A DNA stretch of 64,000 nucleotides from NCBI RefSeq assembly GCF_022539665.2, contig NC_081331.1, positions 7,750,001-7,814,000 of the forward strand, in the 5' to 3' direction. The position numbers were made by a program, and so were the translations under genes. Position 1 is the first letter of the stretch. Every line of letters starts with the position of its first letter. The notes beneath the pieces are model-generated. The model had not been told where the DNA came from, searched no databases, and saw nothing but the letters and a program-made list of their open reading frames with translations. The stretch is from Daphnia carinata (Eukaryota). Below are positions 53,430 through 64,000 of the stretch, piece after piece.

Positions 53430-53533
53430 GTCACGTGGGGTCACGTGATAAGGTCGTGTGAGGTCACGTGATGATGTCATGTGGAAAGGTCATGTGATAA
53501 GGTCACGTGATGAGGTCACGTGGGGTCACGTGA
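53430..53533. repeat. Tandem array of E-box units (GTCACGTG/GTCATGTG)
   Basis: Six CACGTG and two CATGTG cores at about 10-14 bp spacing. Confidence 0.9.
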
Positions 53534-53756
53534 CTTTTAATATCTTTTCGGTATCTCGAAAAATTCAGATAAGATACGTTAAAGATAGCAGGAAAAATCA
53601 GAAGATGAAAGATGCCAAAAGATATCAAATTATCGTATCTTATCTCATCTTATCTGATCTTTTTGAAAAACACTGTCCAAAAGCTGATGGATCCAATTTT
53701 CAATTTTTAATTAAATTTAAAATTTAATTTCAATTTCTTTTTTTTTAAATCAAAAT

Positions 53757-54256
53757 TCAGTCCTATTTCTCCATGGTATCAGTCCTATTTCTCCTTAGAA
53801 ATAGTCCTACTCCATTTACCTTGTTCCAAGGGGAACGACGAGCCTCCAATCCGGTAGGCAATGTACAACACATTGTCACGAATGCTTTAAAAACTCTTAT
53901 CTTATTTTTATTTTAATTGCTGGGGAACATGAATTATTTTGAATCTATGTTCAATTAACAAAATACTATTAACTGAGGTAACGTTTGAACTAATGTTTTA
54001 CTATAAAGCTCTTATCTTATTTTTCTCTTATCTTATTTTTATTTTAATTGCTGGGGAAAATCTATTCATACTACAGATATATACTTATATTGCACATTAG
54101 AAATTTTACTATTTCAGGTTAAATAGAATTTTATTAAATGAACAGTTAAAATTAAAATAGACTTAAAAAGAGCGGTAAATAGACTGTGAAATGGGTTCCC
54201 TATTTCTCCCAGTCCTATTTCTCCGGTAGAAATAGGACTGGAAATTTTCAGTCCTA
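53757..54256. mobile_element. Degenerate third copy of the GAAATAGGACTG MITE family
   Basis: CAGTCCTATTTCTCCATGG...CCTTGTTCCAAG.GGAACGA.GAGCCTCCAATCCGG matches 3419-3540. 54199-54256 matches 4025-4080. Confidence 0.85.
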
Positions 54257-54937
54257 AAACTCAACGAAATAAAACTGTTGCTCCTAGTTTTTGCAATATT
54301 TGTTGATGTTTCGTTTCCTTTATACGTATTCAGTTTACTTAAGCTGAAGCCAACAATGCAAGGCTATGATCTTACTGTTTGACAAGCTTAATCTGGTTAT
54401 TTATAGGTAAACTGAAAGCAGACAATGTAAGCTACTGTACACTGTTTTTCAATGAGTTCTATATGCAGTTTAATTACTTGCAAACTGAAGGCGACCATGT
54501 AAACTATTCTACACTGTTTATTGTCGACGAATTTCCATACGGCTTAATCACGTTACTTCATCACTTAACTTACATCTAGTTTGGTTTTTTCTCGTTAATA
54601 TCAACTGAAGCCAATAACGCGAAATTTAACCTTTCACTCATGTGTTGATGATACATGTAATTGCGGTTTACTAACTTAACCGATTTCTATCTATTCAAAC
54701 TCTAGCATCAACAAGACAGGTTAGCAAGCAACTATACCTATGCTACAGCCACAGAAATAAATGAGGGAATACCTTATCAACTGCGAGACATCAGCAGCCC
54801 TGTAGACGAGATAATCAACGAGAAGGTCAACTATGGTTTCAATTTTACGAACCAACATTTAATCAAGCCCAAGACATGTTTGCTACTTTAACTTTAATTG
54901 AAAGTCTAGCCAGACAGTAGAAAGATCTAAAAGAAAA

Positions 54938-55424
54938 TGTAACGACTCGCCAAGCGAAGCCCCTTCTTGCCCATTTTGTTCAAATAGACTAGAATCCTAT
55001 ACCTGAAACCTCCTATACCTTTAACTAAAAACCTTTATTGACTGATCTACTTTTAAATTTTCTAATGAATATAGCAAGTAATGAGGACATGCCTCGACAC
55101 GCCTGCTATAAATAGAAACATTAACAGTTTGTCAGAAGCCGCCTAAAACGTTCTGAACTGGCCGGCACTAAAAGTGCATTTATTTCAGTTCGATGAGAAT
55201 TGCCCGAAACGGTATGACCAAGTAATTGACTAGCAATTTATAAGCTCCTTTACCTTCTGATCTATTTCGTTCAACTAGCTACTTGTGGTGTTTTAATACA
55301 CGATTATTCCATTAAAATACGTATTGCCTTACGCCAACTTATACACGGTATTGTAAGTAACAGCGCCGCATTTAATCTTATGTTTCCGCATTGGAGGCAA
55401 CATGACAATATCGTGCCCTTTACA
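54938..55424 (+). mobile_element. LTR (Gypsy-like) followed by PBS-like sequence
   Basis: TGTAA...TTACA ends, then TCTGGTGGTAGCAG. Homologous to 41740-42600. It may be the 5' LTR of the Gypsy at 60050-64000. Confidence 0.7.
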
Positions 55425-56017
55425 TCTGGTGGTAGCAGTTTTTGAACTCACTTACAATGTCGCGGTATACTAGTGCTAAGCCTAAGACAAAACGTATCAT
55501 TTTCCGAAAAGGTAGTAAATTTAATGACGATTTTTCCATGAAAATTTTTAATGTTCCAACTTCCACAACTGAACTGACTCTACTTACTAGCCTAACACTC
55601 ATATGACTTTCGATCCTTCACCTTTCCCAGGCAACAAAAAATTCTCCAGCAACATTGCGCCAAAGTCCTGCTGATGTCGTATTGTAATACTGCCTGAATG
55701 TTTTTTAATAATGTGGCAATGTTGTTTTGCACCCACTTTTATGTTGCACTTCAATATTGCTTTTTCAATACTGAAGCAATATTGTTGTGCAACATTGAAT
55801 GCTTGTATTGTAAATAGCCACACTATATTGATTTTTCTCAAATTGTATTTGCATATTATTAAACTAATGAATTAACTATAGTAGTTGAATTTATAATAAA
55901 TTAATCAATATGAAGACGAACTGATAGACAAAACTTCTGTATTTACATATATAAACATATCTTGGTTACGAATGGACACGATGAAAGCTCAGTGTAAATT
56001 GACATATAAATAACATT

Positions 56018-58138
56018 AATCAGGATCTGACTCTATTGCAAGCGTAATTTGTACTGCCTCTTCTTCCTCTTCATCTGATGTCGGTGACGCGGATTGTAAT
56101 TTTTGGGGACTTCGCGAAATAGGGACTATAATTTTCTTTTGACGGATTGGCGCACGCACCAGAAAAAGGGATAGCTGTGTATCCATGTCGCTCGGACTGG
56201 TAAGTGGGTATCGCTTGAATACCGCATCTATATAATTTCATAAAAGAAGCATGAGTAGCAGAAATAACTGAAAAAGTAAATAAATTACTTACCTTTTACA
56301 CATTTGTAATTCTGGAGTGATCCATAAAAACTTTTTTGGGGCTCTCCTTATTTGCGTTGGTTTTTTGAGTACGTATTGGGTTGCTACTTCCTTTGTAAGC
56401 AGCTTGTTCATGATTCCGTAAGCCATTTTAGGACCATCCACTCCACACGTACGATAGAGTTCCTCTGTCTGCATTTAGAAACATTCAAGAAGTAAATTAT
56501 TTTTAATTTTATCCTAGAAATTTAAAAACACTTACAATTTTTTTTAAAACTTTGTTTCTCAAATTCTGATTCAGTTTTTCAATATCTTGAATATTCTGAA
56601 TTGGCAACACCAGATCATCAGCTTCGTCTTCGTCGTCTGCTATGTCAACATTCGTCTTTGTCAATGTTGACATTGTATTTTCAATTGCGTCTATTCGAGA
56701 TTCAATTCTATATAGATAATAGATATAGATATATATAATGTGATATATATATCTATATATATCTATATAGATATATAGATTCGATATCGAATCTCGCGTC
56801 GAAATTTTTCATGTGTTTTTCCAGCAGGTGTTTTATTTGCATCATGGTTAAGGTGAGGGCATGCCTATTGATAAGTTTGAAGCAAAATGTTAGCTAACAA
56901 GCAAACGTATTGCAATTTAGAAGACGTTACATAGTATAGGCAAAGGTAATAAATGGTGAAATTTTACAATTACATAACTTAACAAAACAAAGCAAATTTG
57001 GCTTACGTTTTTGTCCTTTCAGCAGTAATTATAAGAGGTGGCGAATTAGGAAGTTCCCCTGTTCCAGTGACATCTATGTTATCAACATTCATGAATGCCG
57101 ATAAACTTTGGTCAACGTCTGCTGAAAGTAAACTAAATGGTTTTAAAAAGGTATCTAACCCAAGGCTTATGTTTTTTACCGTCTTGCATACTATATAAAG
57201 TTGAAGATGAAGAGCTACGAAAACTTGAAAATGTTGGTGAGGAATGATGAGATGATGAAACGAAGTGGATGCAAAAATTTCTGCAATGTGTAAAAACATA
57301 GGTAATGTACGAAATGTATGTTGCATAATCTATAAACAACTAATGAAATTATTGTAAAGTTCTTAGTTTAGGTGGACTGCACAAATATACTTACCTGCTC
57401 TGAAGGCTGGTGGAGGCAACTTGTTTATCGGGCCATTAATGGTGGAGCAACCCAAATTTTGCATCCTCGAATCTCCTGTTGAAGACAACAATAATTAATA
57501 GGTTTTGAAAAACATACCTAGCCGTAACTCTAAATTATTAAAATATTACCTTTATTTTCAGGTTATTGAAATGTAACTTGAAAATGAAATAAAAATTTCC
57601 GTACCTGTTGTTTCCCTCGATGTTTTCAGAAGCTTATTCTTCGGCATAGCTGATGTGTCATCATCATAGTTGTTGAAGTACTTCGGGTTGGCTGTTCTTT
57701 TCCGTGGATTTTCCATTTCACTCTCCACCAAAAAATCGCGATTGGTGGCTCGAAGGGATCTTCTAATCGCTTGTTCAAAATGGTCTGAAAATAAATTATG
57801 CAAGGCATTTAAAACCAAACATTGAAAGTGTATTGTAATCATATATAACAAAATACATTATGATAGTAAGAGAAGTATTTAAATTAATGCTTAGCAATGG
57901 TAATCTTACTTGTAGTAGAAACTACTCTACATTGGTAGTTTATCAAGCCAGCACTCGGATTTTTCAGTTTTCGGACAAGATTTTTTAGTTTTTCTTGCTC
58001 GGATGCCGATGCACTCCACAAACACGTTATTTTAACCGGATCAATCCAGAATGTAGGAACAATTGGGAATATTTCACAATTTCGAAAATTGGCGTGTTTG
58101 ATTCGCACCACACTGAATTTCGAAGGTGAGAAAGCCAT
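56018..58138 (-). CDS. Multi-exon accessory gene of the CACTA element (DUF4806-like), intactness uncertain
   Basis: N-terminal FSVVR...IVPTFWID...CLWS...YQCRVV and C-terminal CGVDGPKMAYGIMNKLLTKEVATQY. The exon structure is only partly resolved. Confidence 0.55.
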
Positions 58139-58759
58139 TTAAAATGGAACTACGTTCACCACGGAAAAATAATACCAACTGAGATGAATATAACAATGCG
58201 GTATTCGAATGGGGTATAAACGATGAGCTCATCTGGCCAATGCCGCGGGTGAGTGGCTTAACGGTTTGTATAAGAATTTTTGAAATGTTACCCCCGGCCA
58301 GTCAGCGCTGCAGAGCGATAGCTTTTTGTTGTTTCTAGGAAAAATTAGGGAGGAAATTGGCTCAAGGTTAGCGCCGGGAATATACGAAAAAGACATTTTA
58401 TCAGCAAATCTACAGACAGATACTAGAAGAGTTCATATGAACTAGCATTACTTTATAGTTTCTAAACGTCCATATCTAAGGCACGCATTACAGTGAACAT
58501 TTGTTAGCTATACCAAAACTTTGTGTGAAGTGCTAATTGTGGAGAGCGAGACCGACACATAGTAAGTTAGATTAGTTTTGTTACGGACATCCTAGCTGAT
58601 ATTAAATTGTGCTCAGAATTCATGATGCAGAATTAAAGATCATTATGGTCAATGGATTTATTGCATATTGCTACCGGTTTTTAGTGTCCAATCATTAATT
58701 ATTTCTAAATGTAAAAGGTAAACAAGTGACCGGTAGTAAATTTTGAAAGCTGAATTGAA

Positions 58760-59632
58760 ATGACTTCGAGGTGGACTGCGCGTCACAAGGCATTGAAAGC
58801 AGCAAAGGAGCTCTATGCATCTATTTTGCAGCCCTATTCACGCGGTGCACCGGAGGATTCTTCAACTGCCGCAACAGAGGATGAAAATATGTCAGCACCT
58901 ACAAGTAGTAAGAGAGCGAAACCTATGCTATCTTCATTGTCAGGAAGTGACTTCATAGAACCCGCCAGCGAAAATGTAAATAATAGATCCAAATTTTATG
59001 ACAAGTCCACGTCTTGCGATGTTGTTGACAATCAAGTTCCTGATGATGTCCATGTCAATGACGGTTTAGCTTTAAATTGGTAGCGCAATTATAGCGTTCA
59101 CCCAGACAGATCCCCGTCAGATATTTTTTTCAGCTCAAGCTCTGAGATTTTTAAGAATAGCTCTTCCGAGGAGTCTCACGATGTCGAATATGTAGAAGAA
59201 CGAGGACGTCGCCTTTCTGAAATAGATTACGTCGATGACATCGGAGCAAGGTCTAATGATTATAACTATCATTCAAGTGGTAAACATCTGGAAATAGGCA
59301 CTCTTGATGTGTCGAAAAAAGCAGAAAGATTTTGCATTACAAGTGATGGCCTAGCGTTTGAGATATTATCGGTATCGGAAAGGTATGTTTTAGCATCTCA
59401 GCTGCAATTTTGCGTATGTCGTCGAGGAAACAAGATCAAAGTTTTCAATACACCAGTAAAGGCTTCCCAAATAAATATTTTCTTAACAGAAGGAATATCT
59501 CCATCTCGTCGTTTCCCAATTGAAAAATTTGATAAATGTGTTAAGTGTGTCGTGTTTCCATATAATAAGCGACAAAATGTTGTTTATCCTCTTTTGCATA
59601 AGCCGTTAATGAATGTATTCCCACACAGGTGA
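58760..59632 (+). pseudogene. N- and C-terminal remnants of a CACTA-type transposase, catalytic core absent
   Basis: The C-terminus FNTPVKASQINIF...KCVVFPY...VVYPLLH resembles invertebrate EnSpm-like transposase tails and is joined to an S/D-rich N-terminus. Confidence 0.6.
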
Positions 59633-60049
59633 ACCAATGTTTGCTTTTCTGCGCATCTTAAAACCTATGGATATGTCATGCTAATATACTGTCTGTACTT
59701 TAAAACGTGTGTTCAAACAAATTTTTATCAGAATCACATTTTAAGATCATTTTTGGTCACCATGAAATAATTCTTTGTATCACATATCCAAATTTGCATG
59801 TTGATTAAGGTGATGAAGTTTTTTTATTAATATTTCAACGGAAACCATCAAACAATGCTTAGAATGCAATATCCCGTTAACATTGCAAAAGCAATGTACA
59901 TGAAATAGTAACTTACTATGGCTTATTCAATCCTTCGATTCAAACACTCACCCAATATCGCCTGAAGGTTACGCAAAAAATACAAAATAAAAAACAACCC
60001 TCCGGCAACATCGCTGCACTATTTTTTGCTACCTGGGTTCTGTCCTGCA

Positions 60050-63000
60050 CTCAATTACGTACTTTGAATCAAGTAGATAACCCCGAGGGTATTTTACGAT
60101 CCAAGCGGATACGCGTCCAAGAAACGGATAGGGCAATCCTGTCATTTGTAGATAAAAATTGCTAAGTTCTTTACACTAACAAAATCGACGAAACAGTCCA
60201 GTTTATCAATAAGTTGCGAAATTCCCCACAAAGAGTAGCCTATACTAAAACAGAAGCCATAGCTACCGAACTAAGCCCTATTGTCTCGGTAACACAGACT
60301 GCCCTTACCCATGAATAACGTAGCTTAAGCGAAACGCCAAAAATCGGTCTAGTAATTTAGGAAGCAGACCAAACACAAAGCAACGTCTCGATAACTAATT
60401 AGGTTCTCGAAGAAGCCATCACCGACCGACTGTTCAAGAAAATCACCGTAGAAAACAACGTAACCATCATACCCAACCACAATTTAGTAGGCAATCACAC
60501 CACAGAACAAACGAACACAACAATCAGTGGAAGCCTAACAAGAAATTAAATTCCTAGCACTCTACATCCTTCTCCACCCGCTTCCGATTCATTCTTCGAG
60601 TTAGACGATCGCCTCTCAGGGCATTTTCACATTGCACCACCAAATAACAGCACGTCACCGGCAAATATTCAATCACGCACGTTCAACTCCACAGAAGCCA
60701 TTAAAAATCCTATACCTTTTATATATATTCCCTAGAAACGAAACCAACGCATGGGAAAGTGGACAATTACGATAAGGTTCGTGACGTTGTACAAATAATA
60801 CGCCCACCTACTCCGGCAGAAATTAAAATGTATACGCCCGGCATATCTGCAAGCCAGTGCAATAATTATCTATGAAACAACGGCACTAGAGAAAATCCCG
60901 TCCGAACAACAAATCTACTCCCTTCGACGGGCTTTTCAGCGTGCATACCTAGAGACTTGCGACCAACCACCTAGACCATTCCCACTTTCCACTTTCCCCG
61001 CACTTTTCCGACTTTTTACGCAAACTAGCTGAACTCGTACGGAAGACGAAGCTTGCGAAAGTCCAGCAAACCGCACAGCAGGAAGTGAGGGATTTGACAG
61101 CCCTTTTGTGTGCATTTGTGATCGCTGCCATAAGCGAGATCAAATCAACCTATTTCATCAGAATACCGGGCCAATTCGTGCAAACAGCGCAGACATAGTC
61201 TAAAGGGGTTCGGAAGCAAGCAAATCCCAAGCATGCGATACGCCAGGGAACCCATTCTCTTATACAGCCACTCGAAACCCTTGCAACGACAGTGGACGCA
61301 AAGAATCGGATAGCAATCAGGGTATTCTGTACCCAAATCAGCCAATTGATCAAACCCCTGTTATTTTATATCAAATCCGCGTTACAGTTCTCTCGTCGCC
61401 TTTGAAGGCCAAAATTCAATTTCTCATAACCCAAACCCTAACGGACCAGATTATTATCTTCCACAAGAAATAACAAGTCCTTACACTCCCGGGATTGATC
61501 CCAACCGAGCTCAGCCTCTAATCCAAGTCGACACATACAATTCGTATCTGAGGGGAGCGGGCTATCAGGCAACCAAAAGAAATACCAACGCCTGGGGATA
61601 TTATTGGAATAAAAGGAATACTGGGTTAATTGGTAACACTGTTTAATGTTAGATATACACTTATGTAATATACAAAGTAATGTATAAAGGACATATGACT
61701 GTAGGAGAAGCGAGTGTGATAGATTGAAACCAGCAGATGATGAAACTGGCTTCATAAATGTGGCAGACCGATTACACAATACAAGCCATTCGTACTTCCT
61801 ACAGCTAAGGTCCAGTAGCTAGTGCACCTATGTGTAGCAAATAGAGTATATTAGGTTTGGTAATAGATATCACAGCAATTACCCACAATTACCTCACCCA
61901 CCAAAAAAATCAAAGACCAAGAGCATTTATTCAAGGAAAAATGGGTCCACAGTCTCAATATCAAGAACAATCATGGTTTCGAAGACATCGATTTTTGCCA
62001 AAGCCAGTTCAACGAAATACAACGGGAATCAAAAGACAATATTTTAAATTACGCCTATAGACAAAACACTTTCTCTAAGCGCGCTTAGCCTTCCAATTAC
62101 CAAGATACGCCAGAAGAACAAATCACTAAACTAAGACTACGTCAGGAAAATATTTTGCAAGGACTCGAACCTGAACTACAAAACATTGTAAAACACAAAA
62201 TGGTGTCCAGCTTCGAAGAATTGTGTCTATCACACAAAAGTACACAAAGCACGTCCAGTCGGACGCAATAGAAAAGGAGAAACGAATACTTATCAATGCA
62301 GTGACTGCAATTGAAAAGCAGAGTGACTGCATTAACTCAATCGCATCCTGCTTGAAAATTGCCACAACAGAGGCTACTCGACAAGAAACAGATACATCAC
62401 CCGACTTGAACAACAACCATTCACAAACGCTTTCGGCAAAAGTGCCGAAAACATTTCGGATCAGCAACCTTTCCGATTAGACAGGTCGGCGCAAAATGAC
62501 GTTGGGTGTTTCAATTGCAGTCTCAATAACCATTGCATTGAATCTTCCTTTGGATTTCTAAAGCAGCAGACAACACCAGAAACGCCACCTACCTGTTACG
62601 TTTGCCAACAGTTAGCCATATATCGAAGTTTTGTCCCAATAAGAGAAACTTCATAAGGCCTAACGAAATTAATGATTCTACGAATAAGAGAAATGAATAA
62701 GAGCTGATCGCAGAGTGGGGTTCACAGAGAATAGGCCAGTAAGCCCCGAAACTTTACGACCAGTCGCAAAAAATACAGCATTCAGTAAATCAGCAACCCC
62801 ACGACTTTCTGTGAAAATTCACGATACTCCGTTTAAAGCATTATCCGTTACAGGCGCAGCCTGTAGCCTGTACACATAGATCTTTGTAATCGAGTAACGT
62901 CTAAACATCAACTAAGTTGCTCTGGGTCTGACGTGTAATTATACAACGTGCACAATAGTACAATGCTCACGTTAGGGATGGTTTCCCTACCTGTTGTTTA

Positions 63001-63986
63001 CGGGACCAATATAATAGACCAAGAATTTATCGTAATCAACAGTATATCTGAAGCCTGTATTTTGGGTTTAGACGCCGCAAACAAGCACGAGCTTATTTTA
63101 GATAGCCGCTCTAAAACTATATTTCTTGCCTGTGACAGACCGGAAGGTAATCGAGAAGATAAGCAGGAGAGTTTATTATCGAAGAGCCAAGAGCCGGCGG
63201 TTAAAGCAGCCATGACTTTAGTTAAAAGGGTTTTAATTGCCCCCAGATCTTCTGTTGTAGAGGCCACATTTCAGGAAAATGGTGATAACATGGACACTAA
63301 CTCTCTCTTTTTATTTTCCCAGAGTATTGATTACCTGAGAGAATATATATAGGGCAGTTTTGTAAATGCTTGAAACGAAAACGGAAAAGGTCAGGTCGGT
63401 GTGAAAAAAACTTATTAATTTATCTTATTAACTTCAACTTATTAATTAGGCACATACTCTACAGAGGGATAGTTTCCTGAGGGATAAGAATTCTCTAGTC
63501 AACTGATAGGCAGAGTTCATCAGGTCAGAGTCTGTTTCTCAAGCGAATTCTCCTGACAAAGAGTGCATATCCGAATCAGACGACGACCCCCAATATAAAA
63601 AAGCCTTTAGCGGCACTTCTAAAGGAGGAATTAGAAAACAGATAAAAGAAATGTTGCCAGCGAACGTATTAAGGCATTGAACGTCCCCATGCTTAACACC
63701 AGTCATTTTTTTAGTTAAGAAAGCAAGAGAAATGTGTTTTTGCATCGAATATAGAAAATTAAATAATTTAACGAAAAAAGATTGTTATATACTTACTAGA
63801 ATGGATAGCACTCTAGATAGACTGTACGGAAAAAAATTATTTACAACTTTGGATAGGGCCTCAGGCTGTTGGCAGATTGAGCTAGGGGAATCATCTAAAG
63901 AGAAAACTACCGTTATCGTAGAAAACAATCTTTACGAATTCATTAAAAAACCTTTTGGATTATGTAATGCACCTTTCAGCGGCTAA
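60050..63986 (+). mobile_element. Decayed Ty3/Gypsy element (gag, protease, start of RT)
   Basis: Knuckle remnants CFNC and CYVCQQ..HISKFCP (62505-62640), protease region (ACILGLD) and RT FCIEYRKLNNLTKKDCY...FTTLDRASGCWQI...PFGLCNAP. Confidence 0.88.
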
Positions 63987-64000
63987 TGAAGCATATACTT

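Larger units (their letters stand above)
50016..53675 (-). mobile_element. hAT (Ac/ZBED-like) DNA transposon with both TIRs, 3660 bp
   Basis: 13-bp TIRs CAGTGTTTTTCAA / TTGAAAAACACTG, plus an inverted subterminal AGATAAGATACGATAATTTGA at both ends. The flanks ACCAGGAC and TCCAAAAG are not a TSD. Confidence 0.9.
55626..60037. mobile_element. Internally deleted CACTA/EnSpm (CMC) DNA transposon, 4412 bp
   Basis: Imperfect TIRs CCCAGGCAACAAAAAAT and (reverse complement) CCCAGGTAGCAAAAAAT, 2-bp TT flanks on both sides, GCAACATTG-type subterminal repeats, and two divergent genes inside. Confidence 0.82.

Overview
Eukaryotic, AT-rich animal DNA. Short (mostly about 55-130 nt) GT-AG introns and the protein and TE families point to an arthropod, plausibly a Daphnia-like crustacean (inference). 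It is not prokaryotic: no operons, CRISPR array or rRNA were seen. Three apparently intact + strand host genes form a central island: COP9 signalosome subunit 7 (25147-26261), cohesin SA/stromalin (29193-34306) and an ELOVL fatty-acid elongase (37267-39179). Dense, nested transposon debris flanks this island. Left: a Mutator (MULE) transposase remnant ending in a RING finger, a decayed BEL/Pao element interrupted by a long-TIR MITE, Gypsy remnants, and a three-level nest (young Copia in a hAT in an older hAT). Right: a deleted LTR element inside a Gypsy remnant, a DIRS-like fragment, a hAT element with an E-box array upstream of its transposase, a deleted CACTA/EnSpm-type element and a decayed Gypsy. 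Termini and target-site duplications (TSDs) were read directly from the sequence. Family names rest on motif recognition only, with no database search. I cannot establish a genuinely new system. The best candidates are the MULE-RING fusion, the hAT E-box array, a P-like MITE in the SA promoter region, and a possible PBS-removing splice in the Copia leader.
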